Source: an uncultured Smithella sp.
GTDB taxonomy: Bacteria; Desulfobacterota; Syntrophia; Syntrophales; Smithellaceae
Reading direction: 5' to 3'
Length of the DNA stretch: 64,000 nt
Assembly (NCBI GenBank): GCA_964539765.1
Contig: CAZIJZ010000010.1
Location: 8,902 to 72,901 of the forward strand
Part shown: one piece after another, positions 1 to 11,587 of the stretch
Layout: each line of letters begins with the position of its first letter
Numbering within the stretch: position 1 is the stretch's first letter
Notes under the pieces: generated by a model
What the model saw: only the letters and a program-made list of their open reading frames with translations
Databases searched by the model: none
Told to the model about the DNA's origin: nothing
Position numbers and translations under genes: made by a program

Positions 1-1
1 G

Positions 2-2749
2 CTTCATCCGTTGGTCTGCACGGCTTTCAACGCGGACTTTGACGGTGATCAGATGGCTGTGCATATTCCGCTGTCCATTGAAGCGCAGACGGAAGCCCGT
101 GTTCTGATGATGTCCACCAATAATATTCTTTCACCGGCGAACGGCAGTCCGATTATTATTCCCAGTCAGGATATCGTTCTGGGCATTTATTATCTGACCA
201 GAGCGAAAACCGGGGTCAAAGGAGAGGGCATGGTTTTTGCCGGTCCGGATGAAGTGCGCTGCGCTTTTGATTCCGGTGCCATCGATTTGCATGCGCGGAT
301 TAAAGTGCGTATCAATGCCGAGATAAAGGAAACGACCGCCGGACGAATCATTCTTTCCGAAATCGTTCCTGAGGAAATCAGTTTTGATAATATCAACAAA
401 CTGATGAATAAAAAGGAACTGACCAGCCTGATCGATCATTGTTATCGTTCTTGCGGCGATAAGACCACCATCATCCTGGCTGATAAACTTAAGGATTTGG
501 GATTTAAATACGCCACGATTTCCGGTCTTTCCTTTGCTGTGGGCAATATGATCATTCCGGAACAAAAGAAAAAAATTGTTCTGCAGGCCGATAAAGATGT
601 TTTGAAGATCCAAAGACAATACATGGACGGGTTGATTACGGACGGCGAGCGCTACAACAAGGTGGTTGATATCTGGGCGCAGGCCACGGAAAAAATTGCT
701 TCCGAAATGTTGAAAGGCATCAGCACCGAGGAAGTCGCTGCCGCTGAAGGGAAAAAACGTAAGATAGAAAGTTTCAACCCCATTTACATGATGGCTGATT
801 CCGGCGCCCGCGGTTCCGGGCAGCAGCTCAGGCAGCTGGCCGGTATGCGCGGTCTGATGGCCAAGCCCTCCGGTGAAATTATTGAAACACCGATTACGGC
901 AAATTTCCGTGAAGGTCTGACGGTTTTGCAGTACTTTATTTCTACGCACGGTGCCCGTAAAGGTTTGGCCGACACAGCGTTGAAGACGGCCAATTCCGGT
1001 TACCTGACCCGAAGACTGGTGGATGTGGCACAGGATTGTATTATTACCGAACATGATTGCGAAACCGTTGACGGTGTGTACGTTTCCGCGCTGATGGAAG
1101 GTGGTGAAATTATCGAAACCGCCGGCGAGCGCGTACTGGGGAGAGTTGCGCTGCAGGAAATCAAGGATCCGTTCAGCGGTGAAGTTATCGTCAAGACCAA
1201 TCAGGAAATTGATGAAACGCTCGTTGAAAAAATAGATAATGCCGGTATTGAAAGAGTAAACATCAGATCGGTCCTGACCTGCCGCTCCAAACACGGCGTT
1301 TGCGCCATGTGTTACGGACGCGATCTGGCTCACGGCCATCTGGTCAATATCGGTGAAGCGGTTGGTATAGTCGCCGCTCAGTCCATCGGCGAGCCGGGAA
1401 CGCAGCTGACCATGAGAACGTTCCATATCGGCGGTACGGCGAAATTCGATGAACATTCCACGCTGGAAGCGCGTCATGACGGTCTTATTAAATTTGTCAA
1501 TTTGAATACGGTTAAAACCAGGGAAGGCGATCTGGTCGTGATGAAGCGCAACGGTGAAGTTCATGTTCTGGATGAGCAGAAACATGTCCGCGGTAAATAC
1601 GTCCTGTCTTATGGGGCGCACCTGAAAGTGACCGATAACAGTTCCATCAAGAAAGGGCAGTTGATTGCCGAATGGGATCCCTTCTCCATACCAATTTTGG
1701 CGGAAGTTGACGGAACGATAAAGTTTGACGATATTACGGAAGACAAAACAATGCAGGAACAGGTCGATGAAGTTACCGGTCTTTCCCGCAAAATCATCGT
1801 GGAATTCAAGGGCGGAGATTTGAGGCCGCGCGTTTCGATCAAGGACAGCAAGGGTAAGACTGCCAAACTGGCCGATTCGAATGCTGTTGCCCGTTATCTT
1901 TTGTCTGTCGGTGTAAACCTTGTCGTTTCCGAAGGAGACGAAGTCAAGGCCGGAGATATTCTTGCCAAGATTCCGCGTGAAACAACTAAAACAAAAGATA
2001 TTACAGGTGGTTTGCCCCGTGTTGCCGAACTCTTTGAAGCCCGCAAGCCTAAAGATTTTGCAGTCATCAGCGAAATCAGCGGTGTTGTGTCTTACGGCAA
2101 AGATGCCAAGGGAAAACGCAAGATCATTGTTACACCGGAAATTGGTGAAGAAAAAGAATATCTGATCCCTAAAGGTAAGCATATCAGTGTTCAGGAGGGA
2201 GATGTTGTCATTCCGGGTGATGCTTTGATGTCCGGCGTCAATAATCCCCATGATCTCCTTTCCATTAAGGGAGAGAAAGAACTGGCTCGATATCTGGTTG
2301 ACGAGGTACAGGAAGTTTACCGTCTGCAAGGCGTTAAGATTAATGACAAGCATATGGAAGTCATCGTTCGTCAGATGCTCAGAAGAGTCAAGGTGCTAGA
2401 CCCGGGCGATACGGCATTTATTGCTGATGAAAAAATCGAACGGTACCGTTTTCAGGAGGAAAATGAAAAGGTTATCGCTCAGGGCGGGCGGCCGGCTATC
2501 GGTGAACCCATGTTGCTGGGAATTACCAAGGCATCGCTTTCCACCCAGAGCTTTATTTCCGCGGCCTCCTTCCAGGAAACCACCAAAGTGCTTACGGAAG
2601 CCGCTCTTTCCGGGAAGACCGATTATTTAAGAGGTCTGAAAGAAAACGTGATTATGGGCCGGTTGATCACCGCCGGGACCGGTCTGGTAATGTATCGAAA
2701 GCTGGGAATCAAGCAGGAGAATGAGGAAATCGAAGCGGTGGCAGAATAA
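2..2749 (+). CDS. rpoC: DNA-directed RNA polymerase subunit beta' (C-terminal ~2/3; 5' end lies outside the window)
   Basis: The frame is open from the window edge. [21 protein letters not shown] carries the catalytic NADFDGD motif. The remaining ~900 aa are collinear with beta'. Confidence 0.97.
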   Translation, partial: LHPLVCTAFNADFDGDQMAVHIPLSIEAQTEARVLMMSTNNILSPANGSPIIIPSQDIVLGIYYLTRAKTGVKGEGMVFAGPDEVRCAFDSGAIDLHARIKVRINAEIKETTAGRIILSEIVPEEISFDNINKLMNKKELTSLIDHCYRSCGDKTTIILADKLKDLGFKYATISGLSFAVGNMIIPEQKKKIVLQADKDVLKIQRQYMDGLITDGERYNKVVDIWAQATEKIASEMLKGISTEEVAAAEGKKRKIESFNPIYMMADSGARGSGQQLRQLAGMRGLMAKPSGEIIETPITANFREGLTVLQYFISTHGARKGLADTALKTANSGYLTRRLVDVAQDCIITEHDCETVDGVYVSALMEGGEIIETAGERVLGRVALQEIKDPFSGEVIVKTNQEIDETLVEKIDNAGIERVNIRSVLTCRSKHGVCAMCYGRDLAHGHLVNIGEAVGIVAAQSIGEPGTQLTMRTFHIGGTAKFDEHSTLEARHDGLIKFVNLNTVKTREGDLVVMKRNGEVHVLDEQKHVRGKYVLSYGAHLKVTDNSSIKKGQLIAEWDPFSIPILAEVDGTIKFDDITEDKTMQEQVDEVTGLSRKIIVEFKGGDLRPRVSIKDSKGKTAKLADSNAVARYLLSVGVNLVVSEGDEVKAGDILAKIPRETTKTKDITGGLPRVAELFEARKPKDFAVISEISGVVSYGKDAKGKRKIIVTPEIGEEKEYLIPKGKHISVQEGDVVIPGDALMSGVNNPHDLLSIKGEKELARYLVDEVQEVYRLQGVKINDKHMEVIVRQMLRRVKVLDPGDTAFIADEKIERYRFQEENEKVIAQGGRPAIGEPMLLGITKASLSTQSFISAASFQETTKVLTEAALSGKTDYLRGLKENVIMGRLITAGTGLVMYRKLGIKQENEEIEAVAE

Positions 2750-2859
2750 TTTAAAATATCGATAGAAAATGCTTGACATATATAAATTGAACTGGTACGT
2801 ACCACCGGTTCGCTGCCGGAGATAATAAAACAAGAGCAGCGATTTGTTTTAGGAGGAAA

Positions 2860-3231
2860 ATGCCGACAATTAGTCAACTGGTTCGCAAAGGCAGAACGAA
2901 AATTAAAAGAAAAACAAATTCACCAGCGTTGGTTGGTTCGCCGCAACGACGTGGTGTTTGTGTCAGGGTGTACACAACAACACCGAAAAAGCCGAATTCG
3001 GCTTTGCGCAAAGTAGCCAGAGTTCGCCTCACCAGCGGATATGAAGTGACTTCATATATACCGGGAATCGGTCATAATCTGCAGGAGCATTCTGTGGTTC
3101 TGGTGCGTGGAGGAAGAGTCAAGGATTTGCCTGGAGTCAGATATCATGTGATCCGGGGTACGCTTGATACGGTCGGAGTTCAGGACCGCAAACAGGGTAG
3201 ATCAAAGTACGGTGCTAAAAAGCCAAGTTAA
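2860..3231 (+). CDS. rpsL: 30S ribosomal protein S12
   Basis: [12 protein letters not shown]...[10 protein letters not shown]...[13 protein letters not shown] is the canonical S12 sequence. AGGAGG RBS lies upstream. Confidence 0.98.
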   Translation: MPTISQLVRKGRTKIKRKTNSPALVGSPQRRGVCVRVYTTTPKKPNSALRKVARVRLTSGYEVTSYIPGIGHNLQEHSVVLVRGGRVKDLPGVRYHVIRGTLDTVGVQDRKQGRSKYGAKKPS

Positions 3232-3245
3232 ACGGAGACTGTTAA

Positions 3246-3716
3246 ATGCCGAGAAGACGGGAAATTGAAAAAAGAGATATTTTGCCCGATCCCAAGTTTA
3301 ATAATAAACTGGTAGCAAAATTTATTAATTCATTGTTGAAAAGAGGCAAAAAGAGCGTTGCGGAAAGTATCCTCTACGGTGCTTTTGACGTCATTGAAAA
3401 GAGAGTCAAGGAGCAGCCGGTTGAATTTTTTGAAAAGGCGGTCAACAACGTCAAGCCGGTGATCGAAGTCAAATCCAGACGTGTCGGCGGCTCTACTTAT
3501 CAGGTGCCGACGGAAGTTGTTCCGTCCAGGCGGACCGCGCTGGCCATTCGCTGGCTGATATCCAACGCGCAGGAGCGTACAGAAAAAACCATGCGTGAAA
3601 AACTGGCTGCGGAGTTGATTGATGCCGCCAATAATCGGGGTGGAGCGATTAAGAAAAAAGAAGCCGTGCATAAAATGGCCGAGGCGAACAAAGCCTTTGC
3701 CCATTATAAATTTTAA
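3246..3716 (+). CDS. rpsG: 30S ribosomal protein S7
   Basis: [18 protein letters not shown]...[14 protein letters not shown] is the S7 signature region. It follows rpsL directly. Confidence 0.98.
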   Translation: MPRRREIEKRDILPDPKFNNKLVAKFINSLLKRGKKSVAESILYGAFDVIEKRVKEQPVEFFEKAVNNVKPVIEVKSRRVGGSTYQVPTEVVPSRRTALAIRWLISNAQERTEKTMREKLAAELIDAANNRGGAIKKKEAVHKMAEANKAFAHYKF

Positions 3717-3770
3717 ATAATAATAAACGATAAGGAAACCAACCATTCAAAGTTAAGGAGGAAAGGTGAG

Positions 3771-4964
3771 ATGGCAAAGAAAAAATTTGAAAGGACTAAG
3801 CCGCATTTAAATATAGGAACAATCGGTCACGTGGATCACGGAAAGACCACATTGACTGCCGCAATTACCAAGTATCTGGCAAAAAAAGGTTTTGCGGAAT
3901 TTCGTGCTTTTGATTCGATTGATAATGCTCCTGAAGAAAAGGAACGCGGCGTTACCATCAATATTTCCCACGTGGAATACGAGACGGAAAAAAGACATTA
4001 CGCCCACGTGGACTGCCCCGGCCATGCCGACTATATCAAAAACATGATTTCCGGCGCCGCCCATATGGACGGAACAATTCTGGTTGTGGCCGCCTCCGAT
4101 GGTCCGATGCCTCAGACTCGCGAGCACATCCTCCTTGCCCGCCAGGTGCAGGTTCCTTACGTTGTCGTATTCCTCAATAAAGTAGATCTGGTTGATGATC
4201 CCGAACTTCTGGATCTGGTTGAACTCGAACTCAGAGAGCTCCTGACTGCCTATGAATTCCCCGGCGATGATCTTCCCATTATCCGTGGATCAGCACTTAA
4301 AGCATTGGAAGCCGAAGATACCAATTCACCCGATGTGAAATGCATCGAGGAACTGATGAAAGCTGTTGATGATTATATTCCGGAACCGAAGCGCGATACG
4401 GATAAACCTTTCCTGATGCCGGTCGGTGATGTTTTCACCATTTCCGGTCGTGGAACGGTTGTGACGGGAAGAGTGGATCGCGGTATTGTTAAAGTCGGCG
4501 AGGAAGTGGAAATCATCGGTATCCGCCCGACCATCAAGACAGTCGTTACCGGTGTTGAAATGTTCCGCAGGACGCTGGATGAAGGCCGAGCCGGTGATGA
4601 TGTTGGTTTGCTGATTCGTGGTATCAAGAGAGAGGAAGTGGAAAGAGGACAGGTTGTCGCTAAACCCGGTTCCATTACTCCGCATACCAAATTTGAAGCG
4701 GCTGTTTACGTCCTGACCAAGGAAGAAGGCGGTCGTCACACTCCATTCTTCTCCGGTTATCGTCCCCAGTTCTATTTCCGGACAACGGACGTGACGGGAG
4801 TTGCCACACTTCCCGAAGGTGTGGAAATGGTTATGCCCGGTGATAATGTCAAAATGTCGATAGAGCTGATTACGCCGATTGCGATGGAAGAGCAGCTGAG
4901 ATTCGCTATTCGCGAAGGCGGAAGAACCGTTGGCGCTGGTGTCGTAAGCAAAGTCATTGAATAG
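3771..4964 (+). CDS. tuf: Elongation factor Tu
   Basis: [10 protein letters not shown] (G1), DCPGHADY (G3) and NKVD (G4). 397 aa. AAGGAGG RBS at 3755-3761. Confidence 0.98.
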   Translation: MAKKKFERTKPHLNIGTIGHVDHGKTTLTAAITKYLAKKGFAEFRAFDSIDNAPEEKERGVTINISHVEYETEKRHYAHVDCPGHADYIKNMISGAAHMDGTILVVAASDGPMPQTREHILLARQVQVPYVVVFLNKVDLVDDPELLDLVELELRELLTAYEFPGDDLPIIRGSALKALEAEDTNSPDVKCIEELMKAVDDYIPEPKRDTDKPFLMPVGDVFTISGRGTVVTGRVDRGIVKVGEEVEIIGIRPTIKTVVTGVEMFRRTLDEGRAGDDVGLLIRGIKREEVERGQVVAKPGSITPHTKFEAAVYVLTKEEGGRHTPFFSGYRPQFYFRTTDVTGVATLPEGVEMVMPGDNVKMSIELITPIAMEEQLRFAIREGGRTVGAGVVSKVIE

Positions 4965-4983
4965 GAAATAGGTTAATTTACTA

Positions 4984-5292
4984 ATGAAAGAACAAAAGAT
5001 TAGAATTCGTCTCAAAGCTTACGATTATAAACTGTTGGATCGCTCCGTAGAGGAGATCGTGGAAACGGCTAAAAAGACCGGTGCGCGTGTTGCCGGCCCC
5101 ATTCCTATTCCCACAGAAATCAATAAGTACTGCGTTAATCGCTCACCTCATGTGGACAAAAAATCTCGCGAGCAGTTTGAAATCAGAACACACAAAAGGT
5201 TGGTTGATATCGTCGGGCCTACTCAAGCCACAGTGGACGCTTTGATGAAACTGGATCTTTCCGCCGGGGTTGATGTGGAAATAAAAGCGTAG
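4984..5292 (+). CDS. rpsJ: 30S ribosomal protein S10
   Basis: [14 protein letters not shown]...[19 protein letters not shown] is typical S10. It opens the S10 operon. Confidence 0.97.
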   Translation: MKEQKIRIRLKAYDYKLLDRSVEEIVETAKKTGARVAGPIPIPTEINKYCVNRSPHVDKKSREQFEIRTHKRLVDIVGPTQATVDALMKLDLSAGVDVEIKA

Positions 5293-5380
5293 GCGTGCTT
5301 TTTAATTCTTGAACGATGGCACTGATAACGGCCATCTTTCATTGTTGAAGTTTATATTACTAAAAAAGTTGGAATGTCAG

Positions 5381-6007
5381 ATGAGCAAGGGAATTATAGG
5401 TAAAAAATTAGGAATGACCCAGGTTTTTGCGGAAGATGGCTCGGCGGTAGGCGTTACCGCCATTGAAGTTGAGCCATCGGTTGTTTTGCAGGTGAAAACA
5501 AAGGATAAAGAGGGTTATGACGCCGTTCAGCTTGGCTACGGCCGCGTTAAACAGAAGAATGTTACCAAGCCTCTGCAGGGTCACTTTAACAAAGCCGACA
5601 AAGGTTTCTTCCGTTTTGTCAGAGAATTTGCCGTGCAATCTGAAACATACGATGTGGGACAGGAAATTACAGCCGACATATTCAACACGGGCGATTACGT
5701 TGACGTGGTCGGCACAACGAAGGGTAAAGGATTCCAGGGCGTCGTGAAAAGACATGGTTTCGGCGGCGGCAGGGCCACACACGGGTCCATGCATCATCGG
5801 GCTCCCGGTTCGATTGGCGCCAGCGCTGATCCGTCGCGTGTTTTTAAGGGCACCAAAATGGGTGGCCAAATGGGTAATGTTCGCAAAACGACACAGAATT
5901 TAGAGGTTTGGCAGGTTCGTTCAGATAGGAATTTACTCCTGTTGAAGGGTGCTGTTCCAGGCAGCAGAAACGGTTTTTTATTAATTAAGCAGGCAAAGAA
6001 AAAATAG
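5381..6007 (+). CDS. rplC: 50S ribosomal protein L3
   Basis: The ATG at 5381 gives MSKGIIGKKLGMTQVF, the conserved L3 N-terminus. The ORF-track start at 5309 (TTG) adds a non-homologous 24-aa extension. Confidence 0.93.
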   Translation: MSKGIIGKKLGMTQVFAEDGSAVGVTAIEVEPSVVLQVKTKDKEGYDAVQLGYGRVKQKNVTKPLQGHFNKADKGFFRFVREFAVQSETYDVGQEITADIFNTGDYVDVVGTTKGKGFQGVVKRHGFGGGRATHGSMHHRAPGSIGASADPSRVFKGTKMGGQMGNVRKTTQNLEVWQVRSDRNLLLLKGAVPGSRNGFLLIKQAKKK

Positions 6008-6031
6008 TAAGGTACCTCTGGAGTTATAAAC

Positions 6032-6655
6032 ATGGCAGTAGCGGATGTTTTTGATATTGAAAAGAAGAAAGTTGCTGAAGTTGATTTGAGTGATGCTGTT
6101 TTCGGCGCCGATGTCAACGAAGCGGTCATTTACGATGTGGTTAAAATGCAATTAGCCGGCAGGCGTTCAGGTACGGCATCCACAAAAACCAGAAGGGATG
6201 TCAGCGGCGGCGGTAAAAAACCATGGCGTCAAAAAGGGACAGGTCGTGCCCGATCCGGTTCGTCCAGGTCACCGATCTGGAGAAAAGGTGGAACCGTTTT
6301 CGGTCCCCATCCCCGGGATTATTCCTTCAGCGTCCCCAAAAAAATCCGTAAGAAAGCCCTGATCTCCGCTTTGAGCATGAAATTCAAAGAGAACAAGATG
6401 GTCGTCCTGAAGGATTTTCCCATGGAGAAAATCAGCACGCGCGGTTTCCAGAAGGTTGTCGATCTCTTTGATCTCAAGAAGGCGCTTTTCGTGCTGGCGG
6501 ATAATAATGAAATTCTTTTAAAATCATCAAGGAATATCAAGAATATCAAAATGATCAGATCAGAGGGTATTAATGTTTATGATATTTTAAATCACGAGCA
6601 TTTAATTCTTCTTGAACCCTCCGTAAAAAAGATTGAGGGAGCTTTGCTGGTATAA
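6032..6655 (+). CDS. rplD: 50S ribosomal protein L4
   Basis: GGGKKPWRQKGTGRARSGS motif. Position in the S10 operon. Confidence 0.95.
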   Translation: MAVADVFDIEKKKVAEVDLSDAVFGADVNEAVIYDVVKMQLAGRRSGTASTKTRRDVSGGGKKPWRQKGTGRARSGSSRSPIWRKGGTVFGPHPRDYSFSVPKKIRKKALISALSMKFKENKMVVLKDFPMEKISTRGFQKVVDLFDLKKALFVLADNNEILLKSSRNIKNIKMIRSEGINVYDILNHEHLILLEPSVKKIEGALLV

Positions 6656-6942
6656 TGGAAATTAACAAAATCATAAAGAGAATACTGGTTACGGAAAAGA
6701 GTACTGCGGCGCGGGATGCATCGAATAAATATTTTTTTGAAGTAGATCGCAAAGCAAATAAAGTGGAAATAACGAACGCGGTCGAAAAGCTCTTTAAGGT
6801 AAAAGTCGTCGATGTTCGCGTGATGCATGTTTTGGGAAAAAAGAAGAGAATGGGAAAGACGATAGGTCAAAAAAACTCCTGGAAAAAAGCTGTAGTGACT
6901 TTAGCAGCCGGCAACAGCATTGAATTCGCTGAAGGCGTATAA
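6655..6942 (+). CDS. rplW: 50S ribosomal protein L23
   Basis: ILVTEKS...KYFFEVDRKANKVEI..AVEKLFKVKV. Its start overlaps the rplD stop by 1 nt (TAATG). Confidence 0.95.
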   Translation: MEINKIIKRILVTEKSTAARDASNKYFFEVDRKANKVEITNAVEKLFKVKVVDVRVMHVLGKKKRMGKTIGQKNSWKKAVVTLAAGNSIEFAEGV

Positions 6943-6965
6943 GAATTGGTTGAAGGATTGGACTA

Positions 6966-7790
6966 ATGGGAATTATTAAATATAAACCGACATCTCCGGG
7001 CAGAAGATTTCAGAGCGTTTCTGATTTTGCAGAAATTACTTCTTCTGAACCAGTGAAAAGTTTGTTGAAACCTTTAAAGAGGACAGGTGGCCGCAATTGT
7101 CATGGGAGAATTACAGCCCGGTTTATTGGCGGCGGTCATAAACGCAAATATCGAGTGATAGATTTTTGCCGTGACAAGGCTGATATTCCGGCTAAAGTTG
7201 CCGCGATTGAATACGATCCGAACAGATCGGCAAGGATTGCGTTACTCAATTATCGTGACGGAGAAAAACGATACATTGTCGCTCCCGCGCAGATCCATGT
7301 CGGCGATGTGTTGTACAGCGGTGAAAAAGCCGATATCAAACCAGGCAATGCTGTTCCTTTAAAATACATTCCTCTGGGATCGTTAATTCATAATGTGGAA
7401 TTAAAGGTTGGCCGCGGCGGACAATTAATCAGATCAGCCGGAGCCTACGGTCAGTTAATGGCCAAAGAAGGAAGTTATGCGCAGGTTCGTCTTCCCTCCG
7501 GTGAAGTACGCAAAGTATTTATTGAATGCATGGCGACCATCGGACAGGTGGGAAACAACGATCATGAAAATATCAGTATCGGTAAAGCTGGACGAACACG
7601 ATGGTTAGGGAAAAAGCCACATAATCGCGGTGTCGTAATGAATCCGGTTGATCATCCGATGGGCGGTGGCGAAGGCAAGTCCTCCGGTGGTAGACATCCA
7701 TGTACACCGTGGGGTATCCCGACGAAAGGTCATAAGACCAGGAAAAATAAGAGAACTGATAAGTATATTATTAAGAGAAGAGGTAAATAA
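6966..7790 (+). CDS. rplB: 50S ribosomal protein L2
   Basis: YKPTSPGRR...GGGHKRKYR...[14 protein letters not shown] is canonical L2. Confidence 0.97.
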   Translation: MGIIKYKPTSPGRRFQSVSDFAEITSSEPVKSLLKPLKRTGGRNCHGRITARFIGGGHKRKYRVIDFCRDKADIPAKVAAIEYDPNRSARIALLNYRDGEKRYIVAPAQIHVGDVLYSGEKADIKPGNAVPLKYIPLGSLIHNVELKVGRGGQLIRSAGAYGQLMAKEGSYAQVRLPSGEVRKVFIECMATIGQVGNNDHENISIGKAGRTRWLGKKPHNRGVVMNPVDHPMGGGEGKSSGGRHPCTPWGIPTKGHKTRKNKRTDKYIIKRRGK

Positions 7791-7792
7791 GC

Positions 7793-8071
7793 GTGGCACG
7801 TTCGATCAAAAAAGGTCCGTATATTGAAGAAAGGTTGCTGGCTAAAATCAGAAAAATGGAGACCGAAGGAACCAAAAATGTCATCAAGACCTGGTCGCGG
7901 CGTTCAACCATTACACCGGAGTTGATTGGTTACACCTTTGCCGTGCATAACGGAAAGAAATTCATTCCGGTTTATGTGACGGAAAATATGGTGGGGCACA
8001 AGCTCGGAGAATTTGCGCCGACCAGAGTTTTCTTTTCGCATTCAGGTGACCGGAAAACTAAAGTGAGCTAG
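7793..8071 (+). CDS. rpsS: 30S ribosomal protein S19
   Basis: [10 protein letters not shown]...[20 protein letters not shown]...GHKLGEF. GTG start. Confidence 0.97.
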   Translation: MARSIKKGPYIEERLLAKIRKMETEGTKNVIKTWSRRSTITPELIGYTFAVHNGKKFIPVYVTENMVGHKLGEFAPTRVFFSHSGDRKTKVS

Positions 8072-8116
8072 CAGTATTTCTAAAGATATAGCGGGTAAGG
8101 TTTGGAGTTGATAAAT

Positions 8117-8449
8117 ATGGAAGCAAAAGCGGTTGCGAGATATATAAGAATGTCGCCACAGAAGGTTAGGCTTGTGGCTGATCTGATCCGAGGGAAGAAA
8201 GTGCGGGAAGCGCGTAATATTCTCCTCTACACCCGAAAATACGCTGCAGGCATTGTTGCCAATGTGCTGAAATCAGCGGTGGCTAATGCCGCACAGAATC
8301 CCAACATCGACGAGAATATTCTTTATGTAAAAGAAGTTTTTGTGGATCAGGGACCGTCATTAAAGCGCTGGCGGGCAAGAGCGCAGGGAAGAGCGGCGGG
8401 TATCAAGAAAAGAAGTTCACATATTACTGTTATTTTGGATGAAATATAA
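8117..8449 (+). CDS. rplV: 50S ribosomal protein L22
   Basis: The ATG at 8117 gives [27 protein letters not shown], the L22 N-terminus. The TTG at 8102 in the ORF track adds 5 aa. Confidence 0.93.
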   Translation: MEAKAVARYIRMSPQKVRLVADLIRGKKVREARNILLYTRKYAAGIVANVLKSAVANAAQNPNIDENILYVKEVFVDQGPSLKRWRARAQGRAAGIKKRSSHITVILDEI

Positions 8450-8461
8450 GGAGGTACGGTT

Positions 8462-9103
8462 TTGGGTCAGAAGGTTAACCCGGTAGGATTACGGTTGGGC
8501 TACATTAAGAAATGGCAATCTGTATGGTATACCGATAAAAAATACAGCGAAGTCCTGCACGAAGACTTGCAGATTAGAAAGTACCTGAAGAAGAAACTGT
8601 ATCATGCGGGAATTTCCAAAATCGAAATTGAACGGGCGGCGAATAAAGCCAAGGTAAATATTTACTCGGCCCGGCCCGGGGTGATCATCGGCAAAAAAGG
8701 ATCCGAAATAGAAAAGCTCAAATCGGAAATAGAAAAATTTTCGCAGGCTGAGATTATCATTAACATTCTTGAGGTACGCAAGCCGGAAGTGGACGCTCAA
8801 CTGGTTGCGGAAAACGTGGCCATGCAGTTGGAAAAGAGAGTTGCTTTTCGCCGGGCCATGAAGAAATGCGTTGGTTATGCCTTGAAATTCGGCGCCAAGG
8901 GAATCAAGATAGCCTGTTCGGGAAGATTGGGCGGCGCGGAAATGTCCCGTGCGGAGTGGTACAGGGAAGGAAGAGTGCCGCTGCACACACTGAGAGCTGA
9001 TATTGATTACGGTTTTACCGAGGCCAAAACAGCCTATGGATTGATCGGCGTGAAAGTTTTCATTTTTCACGGGGAAATTTTGCCGATAAAGAGTGAAAAA
9101 TAA
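8462..9103 (+). CDS. rpsC: 30S ribosomal protein S3
   Basis: [13 protein letters not shown]...KH domain...[32 protein letters not shown] start 6 nt after AAGGAGG. Confidence 0.96.
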   Translation: MGQKVNPVGLRLGYIKKWQSVWYTDKKYSEVLHEDLQIRKYLKKKLYHAGISKIEIERAANKAKVNIYSARPGVIIGKKGSEIEKLKSEIEKFSQAEIIINILEVRKPEVDAQLVAENVAMQLEKRVAFRRAMKKCVGYALKFGAKGIKIACSGRLGGAEMSRAEWYREGRVPLHTLRADIDYGFTEAKTAYGLIGVKVFIFHGEILPIKSEK

Positions 9104-9181
9104 AATAAGTCCTGCCCGTGTTTTGCACGGTTCAAAACGGGCAGTGATTGATGTGGTTAGGAAAATCGGGAGAGTTGTTTT

Positions 9182-9604
9182 ATGTTAATGCCGAAAAGGG
9201 TAAAATTCAGAAAGTTGCAAAAAGGCCGGATGGGCGGCAAGGCTACCAGAGGAAGTTCCATCGCTTTTGGCGAATATGGATTGCAGGCGGCGGAATGCGG
9301 CTGGATTACATCCCGCCAAATTGAAGCGGCTCGTGTCGCCATGACTCGTCATGTCAAACGCGGGGGCAGAATCTGGATCAGAATATTCCCCCATAAGTCT
9401 ATAACGAAAAAGCCGGCAGAAACCCGTATGGGTAAAGGAAAAGGCGCTCCTGAAGGATGGGTGGCGGTGGTCAAGCCCGGATCGGTTCTTTATGAAATGG
9501 AGGGCGTTTCCAAAGAAGTGGCTAAGGAAGCATTTCGCCTGGCAGCCCATAAGCTATCCATAGCAACAAAATTTTTATCGAGGGATATCGCTGATGAAAA
9601 TTAA
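9182..9604 (+). CDS. rplP: 50S ribosomal protein L16
   Basis: [19 protein letters not shown]...RIFP.K..T.KP.E.RMGKGKG is canonical L16. Confidence 0.96.
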   Translation: MLMPKRVKFRKLQKGRMGGKATRGSSIAFGEYGLQAAECGWITSRQIEAARVAMTRHVKRGGRIWIRIFPHKSITKKPAETRMGKGKGAPEGWVAVVKPGSVLYEMEGVSKEVAKEAFRLAAHKLSIATKFLSRDIADEN

Positions 9605-9788
9605 AGAAATCAGAGCTCTCGACGCGAACGGGCTCGAACAAAAAATTACAGAATTAAGCGAAGAACTATTCCGCTTGAAGATAAGGCATGCATCGGGACA
9701 ATTGGAATCAACAGTCATGCTGGGTAAAGTACGTAAGGATATTGCCCGTATCAACACCGTGTTGCAGGAAAAGGAGGCAGCGAGTTAA
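9594..9788 (+). CDS. rpmC: 50S ribosomal protein L29
   Basis: [10 protein letters not shown]...EL.EELF.LK...ASGQLE. 64 aa. Overlaps the rplP end by 11 nt. Confidence 0.93.
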   Translation: MKIKEIRALDANGLEQKITELSEELFRLKIRHASGQLESTVMLGKVRKDIARINTVLQEKEAAS

Positions 9789-9791
9789 CAC

Positions 9792-10049
9792 ATGGCTGAA
9801 AGAGGAAATAATCGCACGATCAAAGGCATAGTGGTCAGTAATAAAATGGATAAAACAATTGTGGTCAGAGCAGAGCGTCTGGTCAAGCATCCTGTTTTTC
9901 ACAAATATGTGCGTAAGCATGTCAAATATAAGGCTCATGACGAAAAAAATCAGAGCCACGTCGGTGATACGGTTTTAATTATTGAATCGCGGCCGTTAAG
10001 CAGGGAAAAACGCTGGCGGATGCTGCAAATTTTGGAGAAGGCAAAATAG
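9792..10049 (+). CDS. rpsQ: 30S ribosomal protein S17
   Basis: [29 protein letters not shown]....KY.AHDE.N....GD.V.I.E.RPLS. Confidence 0.95.
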   Translation: MAERGNNRTIKGIVVSNKMDKTIVVRAERLVKHPVFHKYVRKHVKYKAHDEKNQSHVGDTVLIIESRPLSREKRWRMLQILEKAK

Positions 10050-10093
10050 ATTAGTTGGCTGGTTTATGCAGTCAATTTGATGAGGATTATTTT

Positions 10094-10462
10094 ATGATTC
10101 AGATGCAGACCATACTCAATGTTGCGGATAATTCCGGCGCCAAAAAAGTTGCTTGTATTAAGGTGCTTGGCGGTTCGAAGCGGCGCTACGCAAGTTTGGG
10201 CGATGTTATTGTGGTTTCCGTCAAGGAAGCTATTCCGAATTCCAAAGTGAAGAAAGGCGACGTGCTCAAAGCCGTTATCGTTCGGACGGTGAAAGAAGTG
10301 CGCAGACCGGATGGGTCTTATCTGAAATTTGATGACAATTCGGCGGTTTTGATTTCCAATCAGATGGAACCAATTGGAACAAGAATTTTTGGACCTGTAG
10401 CCCGCGAATTAAGAGCGCGACAGTTCATGAAAATTATATCTCTGGCTCCTGAAGTTTTGTAA
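10094..10462 (+). CDS. rplN: 50S ribosomal protein L14
   Basis: The ATG at 10094 gives [18 protein letters not shown], the conserved L14 start (122 aa). The ORF-track start at 10055 adds 13 unrelated aa. Confidence 0.94.
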   Translation: MIQMQTILNVADNSGAKKVACIKVLGGSKRRYASLGDVIVVSVKEAIPNSKVKKGDVLKAVIVRTVKEVRRPDGSYLKFDDNSAVLISNQMEPIGTRIFGPVARELRARQFMKIISLAPEVL

Positions 10463-10484
10463 AAAAGTTTCGCAGAGGGAAAAA

Positions 10485-10808
10485 ATGAGTTTAAGCAAAT
10501 TAAGAAAAGGGGATACGGTTAAAGTTCTTGCCGGCAAAGATAAGGGTAAGACGGGAAAAGTCCTGGCGGTCATTCCTGAAAAGAACAGGATCGTGGTGGA
10601 GAAGGTTAACATCATTAAGAAACACAAAAGACCTGACCAGAAATCCAAGGGCGGAATCGTGGAGAAAGAAGGTTCCATTCACATATCCAATGCCGGATTG
10701 TTCTGCAATAAATGCAACAAAGCCGTCAGGATACAAAGCAAAACACTGGAAGATGGAAAAAAAGTACGCATCTGCAGTAAATGCAAAGAAGTAATTAATG
10801 TGGGTTAA
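10485..10808 (+). CDS. rplX: 50S ribosomal protein L24
   Basis: [23 protein letters not shown] is the KOW motif. The C-terminal part contains CNKC...CSKC cysteines. Confidence 0.94.
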   Translation: MSLSKLRKGDTVKVLAGKDKGKTGKVLAVIPEKNRIVVEKVNIIKKHKRPDQKSKGGIVEKEGSIHISNAGLFCNKCNKAVRIQSKTLEDGKKVRICSKCKEVINVG

Positions 10809-10813
10809 ATAAA

Positions 10814-11353
10814 ATGGCAAGATTAAAAGACTATTATTTGAAAACGGTAGTTCCGGCTCTGGTCAAAGAGTTCAATTATAAGAATCCGATGCAAGTGCCC
10901 AAAATGGAGAAGATTGTCGTCAACATGGGTCTTGGCGAAGCCATTCAGAACGTAAAGATTATTGACGGTGCCGTGCAGGAAATGGCGGCGATCACGGGCC
11001 AGAAACCGATAGTCAATAAGGCGAAAAAATCTATTGCGACGTTTAAGCTCAGACAGGGCATGCCCATCGGTTGTTCTGTCACGCTAAGAAAACAGATCAT
11101 GTATGAATTTTTCGATCGCCTGGTGAATGCGGCACTGCCCAAGGTCAGAGATTTTCGCGGCATATCGCCGAATGCGTTTGACGGCAGGGGGAATTTTTCC
11201 ATCGGCTTGCAGGAACAGATCATTTTCCCTGAAATTGATTATGATAAAATCGAAAAAAATAAAGGAATGAATATTACCATTGTGACCACGGCGAAAACCG
11301 ACGCGGAAGCCCGATTTTTGCTGAAAATGATGGGTGTTCCTTTCAAACAGTAA
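10814..11353 (+). CDS. rplE: 50S ribosomal protein L5
   Basis: MARLKDYY...[18 protein letters not shown]...FRGIS...FDGRGN.S.G..EQ..FPEI.YD. Confidence 0.96.
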   Translation: MARLKDYYLKTVVPALVKEFNYKNPMQVPKMEKIVVNMGLGEAIQNVKIIDGAVQEMAAITGQKPIVNKAKKSIATFKLRQGMPIGCSVTLRKQIMYEFFDRLVNAALPKVRDFRGISPNAFDGRGNFSIGLQEQIIFPEIDYDKIEKNKGMNITIVTTAKTDAEARFLLKMMGVPFKQ

Positions 11354-11379
11354 AATGTAAAGCTCCGGAGGAATTTTGC

Positions 11380-11565
11380 GTGGCTAAAAAGTCATTAATA
11401 GCGAAGGCGAAAAGAGAGAAGAAATTTTCGGTCAGAGAATATAATCGCTGCCCTCTTTGTGGACGGCCGCGAGCCTATTACAGAAAATTTGACATGTGCA
11501 GAATTTGTTTGCGTAAACTTTCCCTGCAGGGAGAACTCCCCGGGGTAATAAAATCCAGTTGGTAA
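11380..11565 (+). CDS. rpsN: 30S ribosomal protein S14, zinc-binding type Z (61 aa)
   Basis: [43 protein letters not shown]. The CxxC...CxxC zinc ribbon marks the short form. GTG start. Confidence 0.95.
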   Translation: MAKKSLIAKAKREKKFSVREYNRCPLCGRPRAYYRKFDMCRICLRKLSLQGELPGVIKSSW

Positions 11566-11587
11566 CTTTTGTTTAAGGAGAAAAAGC

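Noticed and set aside
131-2353. A 740-aa ORF on the minus strand, antisense to rpoC.
   Set aside because: This is a shadow ORF. The sense strand encodes an unmistakable beta' subunit (NADFDGD and collinear domains). The antisense product is low-complexity (Phe/Asn/Arg/Gly-rich) with no motifs, RBS or promoter. The long open antisense frame follows from the codon bias of the sense gene.
2773-2801. TTGACA at 2773-2778 in the rpoC-rpsL spacer as a str operon promoter.
   Set aside because: The hexamer 17 nt downstream is TACGTA, a poor -10, so I did not call a promoter. The GGTACGTACC palindrome and the CCGG..CCGG hairpin nearby remain unexplained, but they are short.
5309-5380. N-terminal extensions in the ORF track for rplC (5309), rplV (8102), rplN (10055), the CBS protein (40223) and ftsY (44807).
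   Set aside because: The extensions start at TTG or GTG codons without an SD. They are not homologous to the conserved N-termini that begin at internal ATGs (5381, 8117, 10094, 40298, 44843), and several of those ATGs have good SD spacing.
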